From contig OZ024740.1 of assembly GCA_964016885.1 (NCBI GenBank), positions 249,116,001-249,180,000 of the forward strand: 64,000 nucleotides of DNA. Direction: 5' to 3'. Source of the stretch: Eledone cirrhosa (taxonomy: Eukaryota). The notes below the pieces were generated by a model. It ran no database searches, was not told where the DNA came from, and saw nothing but the letters and a program-made list of their open reading frames with translations. The translations under genes and the position numbers were made by a program. Shown here in pieces: positions 51,487 through 64,000 of this stretch (its first letter is position 1; every line of letters starts with the position of its first letter).

Positions 51487-51488
<2 letters not shown>
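50091..51488 (+). mobile_element. Neptune-type Penelope-like element (GIY-YIG endonuclease + pseudo-LTR) with inverted 5' segment
   Basis: 'NCHLPERCPLQNEC..SNIVY...YIGST..FKSRW..H...LKW.I...CRLCNLE'; hammerhead and AATAAA at 51180-51302; ends in (TA)n. Confidence 0.9.
51180..51291 (+). ncRNA. Candidate type I hammerhead ribozyme in Penelope pseudo-LTR
   Basis: Stem I TGCT/AGCA; CTGAGGA (51184-51190); long stem II; GAAAC (51276-51280); loop ACTT; GTA cleavage triplet (51285-51287). Confidence 0.7.
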
Positions 51489-51575
<87 letters not shown>

Positions 51576-51580
51576 TATAT

Positions 51581-53362
51581 ATATACTCATGCACCGTTAT
51601 AACTAGCAACTCTTCTGAAACCTATATAGGCTTTACTTCGAACTGCATCAAAACCAGATACAATTCACACCTCAATTCTTTCAAAAAACACAGTCTAGCC
51701 AACTCCACTTCACTATCTAGCTACATACACTATCTAAAAACTAGAAATAGAACTTATACACTTAAATGGGAAGTGGTAGGTAAGGTGGCATCGTACAAAC
51801 CACCTAATAAATTCTGTAACCTCTGTCTACTGGAGACCGATACTATAATCTTCTCAAACCATAATCTCCTTAATAAAAAATCGGAAGTGTTTGCGTCGTG
51901 CCAGCACCGCTTCCGGCACTCCTTCCAAAACTTTAAACCCAATGTATAACAATGTCAGACTTGAACCCATCACCACTTCTAACACTACACCTCAAGGGCA
52001 CACCTTACACCACAACTCCACACTCTCTGATCCACCTTATCTCGACACAAATCATTCCATCTGTCTATAACTTTATACCCTAGAAATATCCCCATAAACA
52101 CATACTTTTAGTATAATTACTTTCAATTACTTATAATTATATAGTGATACAATACAGTCTATATAAGCTTTAAATACCAGATTCGACAATGAATTATATA
52201 TGCAATTGTATTTATATGTATGGAGTGATAACACTGGATATATATAAGATTAATTTATTAACATAAGAGATCTGTCTAATTTATATGTTGAGTGCAATGA
52301 ATTATGTATGAATAGTATGTGAGTTGTATATGCAAGTATAACTTGATGGATAGATTAATGACATTGTAAATGAGGGATGTATAAAGATAGGGCTCTTTGT
52401 ATGGAGTACTCAGTTGTAGCACTGTACGATAGGGAGTAATCATCCTAATATAGATACCTTTAGTACATCATGATAGAGTAGACTATTTAAAATTGGAAAC
52501 TGGATATAAATATATAACCATCTATATAAGGGACTCAATTGAGGCACCTTATAATGTAAGTTAGAACAATGAATTTAGTTATGGAAATCATCTAGTTACC
52601 TCCCCTTACGCATTAACTCCCCTTAACTACACACATACTTCCGGATAATAAACCGCTGTAAATTCTCGCAGCAACCTATTCTATAAATTTGGATTAAATA
52701 ACACTGAGCCGCAATAAGCTAAAATAATTTAATTTAATGCATCAAGCATCCAATATGGAATCATCGTTACTTATGTGATGGATGTAAAAAGTATGACTTA
52801 CTTTTCCTGAATGTGAAAATGGTGGTGGATATGAAAACCATAACTTTCTTTTGCTTCTCCTTTTTATTTTTCTGCACACATACTTTTTTATTATATACAA
52901 AAAATACCTTACCACTACAACCACCATAATACTCTTACTTACCCGCTTAAAGTGCTTGTATTACATGTAACACCCTGCCACACAATAATCATATACAAAT
53001 GAGACACACGTGCATTCCCCACGTGTAACTAACGCATACACTAACTACTACATCTGACTACTACATCTGTGTTAACTGCCGAATGTATTTTAATTTTGTA
53101 TTTTAATTTTGTTTTAATTTTGTTTTAATTTTAATTTTGATTTTGATTTTGAATTTGAATTGCTATACAGAAATAATATAGTATAATATATGTCACTCCA
53201 CTGTAATATATGTGATATATATATATGTATCTGTATGTCTCTTGCGTTGGAAAGGAGGTCAATTATGTGTACAAACATTGAAAAATGGTCTGAAAACTCC
53301 AAGCCTAAGTTTGGATGAAACAATTGTAAGTGAATAAATGCTTTGAACATAGCTTTGATTCT

Positions 53363-53368
<6 letters not shown>
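51581..53368 (+). mobile_element. Second Neptune-type Penelope fragment (open GIY-YIG frame 51581-51949)
   Basis: Hand translation: IYSCTV...TYIGFTSNCIKTRYNSH...STSLSSYI..LK...LKWEVV...FCNLCLLE...LLNKKSEVFASCQH...*; degenerate hammerhead + AATAAA at 53290-53338. Extent beyond ~52080 is inferred. Confidence 0.75.
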
Positions 53369-54094
<726 letters not shown>

Positions 54095-54702
54095 GTCAGG
54101 TCACCAGTTGGTGCTACTGGTAACATGTATCCCAGTACAACCTGTCCCATGGTCGGGTCGTTGGCGACTAAACTGGCAACCCCACCAAGGTTTCTTGGTG
54201 AGGAGGGTGACTTTGGACATCCTGCAGGACTAAAAACAAAACCTGTCAAAGGGCAAAGGAGCTCTTAAGAGTCAATGGCCATCCAAAATCACCGGGAGAG
54301 ATGACCCCTTAGCCTTTGTCAAGGCAGAATTCTAGGAGAAGGAAAACTCTGATATAACACCTGCAACCCTGATGGTATCCAATGATGTTGACTTGTTCTT
54401 CTTTTTGGTAAATATCATCTGGTTAAGAGAGTGGGACTGGCTTTGTGCAGTGCCTTTGCTCACTATAAAAGCTTCACGGCACAGGCATTGCTTTATATCT
54501 GGAGATCTCTCTGCACTTGTCGTCACATGGTACCATGGGCCCAGCACTATGTGTCAGTAATTGTCACAAGTGTAGTGTTTGTACCAGAGTTTTCAAGTCG
54601 CTGGCTGGACTAAAAAGTCACACTCGTTCAGCGCATCGGTAGGGGTTCTCCTACATGGATATAAAGTAGTGGCCGTACTCGAAAACGAGTTGGCAGCCAC
54701 CA
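54095..54702 (+). mobile_element. Bipartite non-autonomous RTE derivative (structured leader + zinc-finger/3' end)
   Basis: CTAGGAGAAGGAAAACTCTGA RTE 5'-UTR motif; 3' part encodes [25 protein letters not shown]; ends GGCCGTACTCGAAAACGAG...GCCACC. Confidence 0.7.
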
Positions 54703-55043
<341 letters not shown>

Positions 55044-55397
55044 TAGTTTTTCGGCATGATTTCGTCAAATGAGTGAAATCTTGTTTAGAACCAAGATTAA
55101 CACAATTGCACTGCTATCATGACATTCTGCTAAATCGTTTATATACGCTGTACCGTTTCCTGAACTGTAAGAGAAATTTCATTTCCGACGTATGTGTAGT
55201 TGATCACGTCAAATAACAACAGCTTACCAGTGAGTGCGGTTTGTTGGTTGTTACAGACAACAAAGTATATACATTCCTACATATACATTCAATTTGAAGA
55301 CATGTGAACACTGACTCGCTCGCTCGTTATTTTTTCGTTCATTCTCTTCCTCTCCACCACTTTCTTCACCTTCCTTGTCTATCCTTCTACCTATCTA

Positions 55398-56615
55398 ATG
55401 GAGCGCGCCCTCTTCCGATTCCTTTGGAAGAGGCGGGCTCCTTTGGTAAGAAGATCCATCTGCTGCCAACACCCTTCTAACGGAGGGCTGGGGATGCCGT
55501 GGTTGACGATGCGCAAACACGCGCTCAGGCTGCGGCATCTCTACGTATTCCTCACCGGACAACCGGTGTGGGCCCCGTTCGTGAGGCGAGCCTTCCCACG
55601 ACTCGTCTCGCTGACCGAGCTGCAGTCCTGGGTCAAGCAGAGACCGAGGAAAATGGGCGACTGGCACATCGAATGTGCTCAGGCGCTCACAGCCCTCTGG
55701 CAGGCGGACCCAGCGATCAGTGGAGACTCCACTTCGTCATTCTATAGAGGGTTGGTCCGCAGCAAGTGCGACGACGCGCTCGGTGAAACTCTAGGCGTGG
55801 AGGAAGATGAACTGGCCAGTCTGTTCGGTAGGACCTTCCGCCCGGGACCGATGGACAACTTCCAAAAGTCCCTGGCCTGGCAGTGCTACCGAGGAGCTCT
55901 ACCAGTTCGAGACAAGCTCTACAGACATGGGCGCCCGGGCAGGGACCCTGCAAAAAAGATCTGTCCGAGGTGCGTGCGAGACGAAGAAACCGTCGCGCAC
56001 GCATTCATACACTGCCCGGGCGTCACTGACCTGTGGGGCTATGTAGAACGACTATTGTCGCGGGTGGGACCAATCCAGTTGACCACCGAGTCCATTGTCA
56101 TGATCAAACCGCCACCCTCCTTCAAAAACGAAGGAGAGGCGGTTTTCCTTTGTGTGATAGCTATGGCGAAAGAGGTTGTATGGTGGACAAGGTTGAAAGG
56201 GCTGAGGTCAGACACCTTTCTCTCCGGCCAACAACTGATTCTTTTTTTCAAATACCACTTTGGAAGAAGAATCAGGATGGAGAGAGAGGTGCTGTACCCC
56301 AGCAAGTTTTATGAAAGGTGGGTGAAAGTGGCGAGAATGGCCCGAGTGAATGGGCCTTCTCTCTATATCAGCCTGTAGGTTGAGGAAAAGGAGGAGGAGA
56401 GGAAAGGAGTACAAGCTCTTCGTACTCCTGGAGATGAGGGTTGCACATTTTTTTCGGGGGTCTGTGTTACCCATATAAACTGTCTCCCTCTATTGGGGGA
56501 AAATCGACTAACTTTTAAATTCCATCTGTGATAACATTTTACACGTTTTTATTGTATGTAAACTTCCCCCTTTGTATTTGTCCCCTTCTTTTGTGCCCCT
56601 GTGGCTAATAAAGAA
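55398..56615 (+). mobile_element. 5'-truncated Tx1-like LINE with open 326-aa ORF2 C-terminus
   Basis: Homologous to 47978-49195; 'CPRCVRDEETVAHAFIHC'; GCTAATAAAGAA then ATCTATCTATCT. Confidence 0.92.
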
Positions 56616-56699
56616 ATCTATCTATCTCTTGAACTTCTCTCTGTATATCTCCACTTATATCAACCACTCTCTCTCTTTCCACTCTTTCTCTCTACACCT

Positions 56700-56762
<63 letters not shown>

Positions 56763-57252
56763 TAAATTCATACAGAAACGTTTTCGAAACCTCCTCATTT
56801 ATTCTCTCGATTTTTTCTCATATCCATTCTAACATTGACGTAAGACTACTAATTCATACACGCAACTGTTCAAACATAGGAAATACTCAAACATGCCTAC
56901 GGGCAAATAAACACATACACATTCATATTGGAAGGAACGAATGAATCTCCGCCGGTTTCGATGATACGTGTTCCAGATATTTGATCACTGGAACAGCCTG
57001 CTCATGAAATTAACAAACATATACAATTAAACTAATCCTCAGGAAGATTCGGTGTAACAGTGAATTAATGGTACAGTTCATTCGATGAGCTTCCAAGCAG
57101 TTTACATCTACCCAAGTTCACTCATAAATGACATTTACCCAAGTTACCAAGCATTGTGATCGAACGTGGTGCCTTATGATTACGAAGAAACTTCTTAACC
57201 ATTTCACATACACATTCACATAAAAACTTACATTCATATTCAGTGCTGTTGC

Positions 57253-58384
57253 ATTATTATTATTATTATTATTTGCATTTATCTTGCTTTATGTTTATAC
57301 GAGTTATCACCAAGTCACAACCAGTGACCTCAAGAGACAACAAGGTCCGCCATGTTCAAGAAAGAACATACATATTCACACATGCATCCTTAGTGTTTAG
57401 ACTTGTGATGTACTTATATTGACAGGATCTTCCTTAGTATATGGGCAGTTCCCATTAGTACTATCTTTTGTATTTCTCCTATACGCGGGTTTCCTGGGAT
57501 TTGCGATAAGTAGTCGTTAGACCCCTTATGTATCATTCCCAGAGCGCCTACAACCACTGGTATTGTTTTAGTTCTCAATTTCCACATTTTTCCAATTTCT
57601 ATCTCCAGGTCTTTATACTTGCTCAATTTTTCAAATGTTTTTATAGATACATTCTTGTCTATTGGAACAGACATATCAATTAGCAGGCATACCCTCCTTT
57701 GAAAGTCCTTCAATATTATATCAGGTCTATTTGCATCTATTTTTCGGTCTGTTTGGATGCTAAAGTTCCACAAGATTGAGATGTGATCTTTTTCAAGTAT
57801 GGGAGGTGGTTGATGCTCCCACCAATTCTTTTGATGGGGCAGGTCAAAATGCTTACACATTATCCAATGTATGTATTGTGCAGCTCTGTCATGCCTGTTT
57901 AGGTATTCGGTTGGAGCTATAGGACTGCACATTGAAATTATATGGTTAATGGTCTCTGGTTGTTTTTTTGCATACACGGCATAATGGGCTGCACCCATTT
58001 TTTATTATGTTGGCTTGGTAATTTTTTGTTGGCAGACACTGATCTTGTGCGGATATAATCAGTCCTTCAGTCTCCGATTTCAGTCCAGAGGATGCCAACC
58101 ACTGATGGGTTAAAGTTTTGTCAACATCAGGATTGTTAGCTCGCTCTGGGTATTTTCCATACAGAGGCTTTTCTTGCCATTTCTTAGCCAGTTTCTGTAG
58201 CAGTTCTTTCTTTGCAGTTACTTTTACCTGCTTTGCTTTTTCTGTGTTTTCCATTTCAGCAGTAAATGGGACTTCTGAAATTTGTAGTCCATTACTGTAT
58301 CTTTGTGCATCTTTTGTAATGGAATATGATCTTTTGGTGCTTTCGTGTTTCAAAACGAGTTTGATCATCCAATCATGTGATTCC
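57253..58384 (-). mobile_element. R4/Dong-like LINE 3' fragment ending in (TAA)n
   Basis: 'QDQCLPT', 'CRVC...ETINHIISMC...RHDRAA', 'ANRPDI', 'KYKDL', 'VGALG'; (TTA)n at 57253-57272. Confidence 0.92.
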
Positions 58385-58640
58385 CTTCTTCTTCTTCTTC
58401 TTCTTCTTCTTCTTCTTCTTCTTCTTCTTTCAGCCGAACCCATGGATGTTATCCAACTACCTTGCTCTATCGAGTAATGTTATTCCAAAACCCTTCAGAG
58501 GAACCCCATTTCGGCTGCTTGTATATGCGATCGTATTCTTTCAGTCGTTACCCAAGATTCATGACCATAGGTAAGAGTTGGCACGAATACCTAATTGAAG
58601 ATAGCGAGTTTGGCTTTTACACCTCCCTCCCAGGAGTGTT
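58385..58640 (-). mobile_element. Expander/Rex3-like RTE fragment with (GAA)n tail
   Basis: Minus strand VFVPTLTYGHESWVTTERIRSHIQAAEMGFL; (CTT)n at 58385-58428. Confidence 0.75.
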
Positions 58641-59299
58641 TGATTCTTGTAGTGGAATGGAATGGAGTTCCATCGATTTCGACGATATGTGTTATAGTGT
58701 TTGATCAATGGATCTTACTGCTCATGAAATTAACGTGTAAGTTGCCGAACATTCCTCAGACATGTGTACCCTGACGTAATTCTGAGGGATATTCAGCGTG
58801 TATCAAAGCTAACCCTTTGAATTACTGGTACAGTCGATAGGCTGGGCTTCCAAATAGTTTCCGTTTACCAAATTTCACTGTCAAGTTATAGGTCAACCCG
58901 AGTCTATGATAAATGACACTGGCCCCCCATGCCACGCAGTAAAATCGAACCCGGGACCTAATGAATACGTTGTTAACTTAACCATTCAAACATACTGTGG
59001 CCATGATTCTTGTATTAGAGAGCATCTCGACATAAGTTTCATAGTTTGTGACACTATTTATAGCCATGCAATGCATAGTGGAAGGAGTTGTATCCCTAAT
59101 TTTGGAGTGCCACTTTGACTCAGTAAATTCTTTGTTTTTAGTCAATTATGATATTTCCAATTTGTTCAGTTTACATCCACACCAGATACTAACGATTCAT
59201 TTGCAGTCATTTCCATTGTTTGGGCGGGTGGACAACTACTGTTTTCTTTTCACAAAGTTGTTTTATATCACTTATTGCGGTGTCATCTTCAAGGCTTTC

Positions 59300-60180
59300 G
59301 TTGACATCAGACAACTCTGAACTGGTGTTTAGTTGAACATAATATGCCGTCCATCAATTTGATATTGCTGACGTTCTTTCATGGTGACTATTGTTTTCCT
59401 AATGGCTGATGGAATATCAGTATTTTTGTTCTAAGACAGTTTGTCATAATTCGACAGGATGCATTAAGGGCTATATTTAGATTCGAGAGCGTTAAGGGCA
59501 GGATCTAACTAAGCATGGATAAACATTTCTCATATCAAGGCTTACAGAATCAGCCGTTGTGTGGCAGAAAACAATAACAGTTAGACATAGGGTCGGAGGC
59601 CTTTCACCTCGTTTTGTATATATGAGCTTGCTGGCGATACTGTTGCAAGTATTCACAACTTTAGCTTTTGTTTTCTGGGTGTGAGACTTGAATTTGAAAT
59701 AGCGATTAAGTTTGAAACTGAAGAGTTATTTCGAATTGAGGCTTTGCTTCAGGGTGTTTGACGAAAGACTCACATTTTCATCTTAGATAATGACGGCTGC
59801 ACCCTTATACCAGTAATTGGTGCAGGATGTTTGTTGTTTTGTTGGGAGGCTCAAGAGTGTGGTTTTGAAGGACGTGTCAGATTTTTACTTCATATCCTGT
59901 GGGTTAAATATAGGTTTGTGGAATACGTTTGCTTCAATTTGTAGATAGCATTGGGTAGGTGTAGATTGTTTACGGTCAAGTTAGGTAACTGACGGCTTTA
60001 GTTACATATACTGGCATAAAGATGATTCTCTTTTATAATATAAAGTTAGATGATCAAAGAACTTTGTCAGCTTTTCCTCACACTATTGAAAAATACGAAT
60101 GTTGTGCAGTAGCGGGTAAATTGTGTTTCTACCAAAAGTAGACAACAAGGATATTATAAACGATTCTCTTATCGTTTCAT
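59300..60180 (-). mobile_element. Possible highly decayed Penelope-type RT fragment
   Basis: Minus-strand remnants 'KGAAVII' (cf. ADKG.AVV) and 'VSLDMRNVYP' (cf. RT motif VSLDV.SLY). Confidence 0.4.
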
Positions 60181-60611
60181 TACGGTAACGCATTTCTCAG
60201 TTTATCCCTCTATAACAAGAAAGAAAGAAAGAAATTCATGTGTTGTGTCGGTGAAGAAATGAATGTTAGGTGGCAGGCATTCTTAAAAGATAACGTGAGA
60301 TCTTTAAGTATTTGTTTGTTCTCAAATGAGAAATCATTAATCTTATGTACGGTAATGAAGGAGGCAGCACATAGATAATTAAATATATAATTAAGTATCG
60401 GTAGAGGGTCGGACGCCATGCTTTGACGTATAGAGTTACGGCCCTTGCCATTCTGAGTTCAAATCCCGTCGAGGTTAACTTTGCCTTTCATCCTTACGGG
60501 GTCGATAAAATAAAGTACCAGTAATGCACTGGTTAAGTGCTGGCCTTGTGCCAAACGTAGAAACAATATATATATAAGTGGTAAGATTCCTTATTTATTT
60601 ATTCATTTTTT

Positions 60612-62412
60612 ATTATTATTATTATTACAGTTGTATTTATCTTGCTTTATGTTCATACGAGTTATCACCAAGTCACAACCAGTGACCTCAAGAGACAACA
60701 AGGTCCGCCATGTTCAAGAAAGAACACACATACACACACATGTATCTTTAGTTGTTTAGACTTGTGATGTACTTATATTGACAGAATCTTCCTTAGTATA
60801 TGGGCAGTTCCCATTAGTACTATCTTTTGTATTTCTTCTATACGCGGGTTTCCTGGGATTTGCGATAAGTAATCATTAGACCCCTTAGGTATCGTTCCTA
60901 GAGCGCCCAATACCACTGCTATTGTTTTAGTTATCAACTTCCACATTTTTCCAATTTCTATCTCCAGGTCTTTATACTTGCTCAATTTTTCAAATGTTTT
61001 TATAGATACATTCTTGTCTATTGGAACGGGCATATGAATAAGCAGGCATACCCTCTTTTTAAAGTCTTTCAGTATTATATCAGGTCTATTTGCATCTATT
61101 TTTCGGTCTGTTTGGGTGCTAAAGTTCCACAAGATTGAGATGTGATCTTTTTCAAGTATGGGAGGTGGTTGATGCTCCCACCAATTCTTTTGATGGCGCA
61201 GGTCAAAATGCATACACATTATCCAATGTATGTATTGTGCAGCTCTGTCGTGCCTGTTTAGGTATTCTGTTGGAGCTATAGGACTGCACATTGAAATTAT
61301 ATGATCAATGGTCACTGGTTGTTTTTTACATACACGGGATAATGTGTTCCATCCATTTTATATTATGTTGGCTTGGTAATTTTTTGTTGACAGACACTGA
61401 TCTTGTGCTGATATAATCAGTCCTTCAGTCTCCAATTTCAGTCCAGAGGATGCCAACCACTGATGGGTTAAAGTTTTGTCAACATCAGGATTGTTAGCTT
61501 TTTCTGGGCTTTTTCCATAGCATTTGCCAGAGCCAGTTTCCGTAGCAGTTCTTTCTTTGCAGTTACTTTTATCTGCTTTGCTTTTTCTGTGATTTTCATT
61601 TTAGCATTAAATGGAATTTCTTAAATTTGTAGTCAATTACTGTATCTTTGTGCATCTTTTGTAATGGAATATGATCTTTTGATGCTTTCGTGTTTCAAAA
61701 CGAGTTTGATCGTCCAATCATATGATTCCCTTAGATATGTAGATAATCCAATTGTTGCAGTTTTCAACGCAATATCTAACTGGATTAACTAATCTTTCCT
61801 AGGGAGATATATTCTATCTGTATCTGCCTTAGGGTGATGCATTCTGTGCATGGTTAAGAATTTTATAATTTTTGTATCGAGCCTACGGATCTCTGTGCTT
61901 GACCAGTTGATGACATTGTAACTGTAGGTTACTACTTGTATGGCAAGCGTGTTTATGGCATCGATCCTATTCCTTGCATTCAATTCCGTTCTTAAGATTG
62001 CTCTTACTCTGCGGTAACATTCCTTCCTTATCCTTTCCCTCATTGTCGAATGCTTGATTCCGTCTCCTTCACAAACACCTAGATATTTGTAAGTTTCCTC
62101 TTGATCAAGTTCTCTTATCATATTCCCCCGATCAAGATTAATGTCTGAACCCTTCAGCAGCTTTCGTCTGGTGAACGAGGCTTTGGCGCATTTGTCTAGT
62201 CCAAACTCCATTTTAATATCATCACTGAACTGCTTCACAGTGGATAATAGTCCTTGCAATTGCTCATCACCTTTTGGAAATAGTTACAGGTCATCCCTGT
62301 AGAACAAGTGATTAATGGTTTTGTCATAGACTTTATATTCATGTTTTGTTTTATTGAGCATTTTACTTAATGGTATAAGTGCGATGCAGAATAAAAGTGG
62401 TGATAAAGAGCC
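60612..62412 (-). mobile_element. Second R4/Dong-like LINE copy, longer, ending in (TAA)n
   Basis: Highly similar to 57253-58384; adds 'SLSPLLFCIAL', 'MEFGLDKC', 'YKYLG'. Confidence 0.92.
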
Positions 62413-62454
62413 ACAATTAATATTAAATTCTCCAGCTTCCAGTGATTTATTTTC

Positions 62455-64000
62455 ACTATTCAAAAGATTATTATTAATAAAAATAGAGTAGAGGGAGAGC
62501 TAGTCAGAAAGCTAAAAGAGGCGTTTAGGACAGGCATCGCAACCGACGTGCTTGCGGCGAGATTGGCACTCGACCAATTCTTCAACGCAAAACACGAAGG
62601 CTGCGTTGTCAGAGCTAGAGCGCGTGCTCTGGGGACAAAAGCCGTCCTATGGGCTCGAGTGGCAGAGGCGCGACGTGGCAACAAAGCCACAATTCGGTCT
62701 TTGTCTGACCAAAACGGGTGCGTGATGCTCGAACCCGAGCGGATGTGTGAAGCTTTTCAGCAGCACTTTGCTGAACTGTTCGGGAGCGACGGCGGCCTGG
62801 ATCGGGGCATGGACTTCAGTGCATACCTCGACGGACTGTCTCGGCTCTCAACGACCGCAGCACAGTGTTTCGAAAAGCCAATAACAGCCGGTGACATACG
62901 GGAAGCGATGGCTAACTGCACAAGGTGTAAATTGCCAGGTTTGGATGGTCTGCCCTACGAGCTTTATGCATTTATGCCAGACTTGTTCCGTGATCTCTTG
63001 GCAGACGTCTACTGCAACTGGCAGCAGAACGGGAGCATTCACAGTTTTGTGAGCCGGAGAGCAGTGGCGCTGCTGAGAAAAGACCCGAACAAGGGGGATG
63101 TTATCGATAATTTCAGGCCCATAACACTGCTAAACGCAGAGTTCAAGATTTTGGCCAAGGTGTTAGCAACGAGGTTGGCGCTTGTCGTCAAGGGTCTGGT
63201 GGGAGAGGCGTAGACATGCGCCATTCCGGACAGATCCATACACAACAACCCCCAACTCATGCGATACATCATAGAGAGGGTGTTTAAGGAACCTGGATAA
63301 ATCCAATGCATTCGATAGGGTCGACCATCGGTACCTGGCGGCGGTCCTCGAGGCAGCCGGTTTCGGGCCCGTTTTCAGGGGTTGGATCGCAGCAATGTAC
63401 AGCGACATCTGCTCAGTTGTAAGGATGAACGGTCACCTGTCGCACCCGTTCAGCATCATGCGCTCAGTCCGCCAGGGTTGTCCCCTCTCGTCCCTCTTGT
63501 ACGTATTGGCTCTCGAGCCGTTACTGCACAAACTGGGGGCGATGATGGACGTCCCACGCGAACTAGGGTGCGGGAAATCCGAGTCGGCTTACGCTGACGA
63601 CGTCACCGTGGTGGTGTCGAGCACCAGACACGTCCAGATGCTCGACACCCCTCTCAAGGAATACGAAGCGATGACAGGAGCAAAGATAAACCAGGAAAAG
63701 TCGGTGGGCTTGCAGCTCGGCACCTGGAGAGGCAAGTCCATGCCCACCGACAGCGTCGTGGGGCGTTGAACGGACGGACCGGTTAAATTGCTCGGGGTCT
63801 GATTCGGACCGGACCTCCAGATGGAGAAAAACTGGAACGAGGTGACGAGCAGGGTGGCCTCCCTCACCCAGAAATGGGCCGAGAGGAAGCTGTCCCTGAA
63901 AGGCAGGGCGGAGGTGGCGAATGCATACATCGCATCCGTCATCTGCTACCGCCTCACCGTCGTCCCTTGCTCCAGCCCAACTCTCACCAAAATGGAGAGC
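62455..64000 (+). mobile_element. Fourth Tx1-like LINE copy (RT region; runs off window)
   Basis: 'PGLDGLPYELY', 'NFRPITLLNAEFKILAK', 'RQGCPLS', 'AYADDV'. Confidence 0.92.

Noticed and set aside
54099-54240. Canonical HDV-like or twister ribozyme
   Set aside because: HDV needs an L3 with CC and a GG right after P1; twister needs UAA before P2 and GAGGG right after it. Neither fits, so it is kept only as an unclassified structure.

Overview
AT-rich, repeat-saturated metazoan genomic DNA. The tRNA-derived SINEs, RTE/R4/Tx1/Penelope retroelements and long (TA)n/(CA)n arrays suggest a cephalopod, probably Octopus (inference). Most of the window is a nested pile of decayed transposons: RTE LINEs (RTE-X-, BovB- and Expander/Rex3-like), a CR1-group LINE, three R4/Dong-like and one CRE-like restriction-endonuclease LINEs, four copies of an L1/Tx1-clade LINE (one near full length, 43.4-49.2 kb), Neptune-type Penelope elements, two Helitron fragments, two hAT-like transposase relics, several MITEs, a solo LTR and many SINEs. 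The only credible host-gene sequence is an unidentified terminal coding exon at 15263-15433 (+) with a poly(A) signal. Best leads: (1) in two diverged Tx1 copies the ORF1 stop codon sits inside a consensus AG|GTRAGT splice donor, and splicing to the first downstream AG would fuse ORF1 and ORF2 in frame; (2) this Tx1 family appears to target (TCTA)n microsatellites; (3) Penelope pseudo-LTR hammerhead ribozymes, one with an unusually long stem II, plus a twin-priming-like 5' inversion; (4) bipartite non-autonomous RTE elements with a highly structured leader that fits no ribozyme class I could map. All coordinates and alignments were done by eye; element boundaries are approximate and family names are motif-based, not from database searches.
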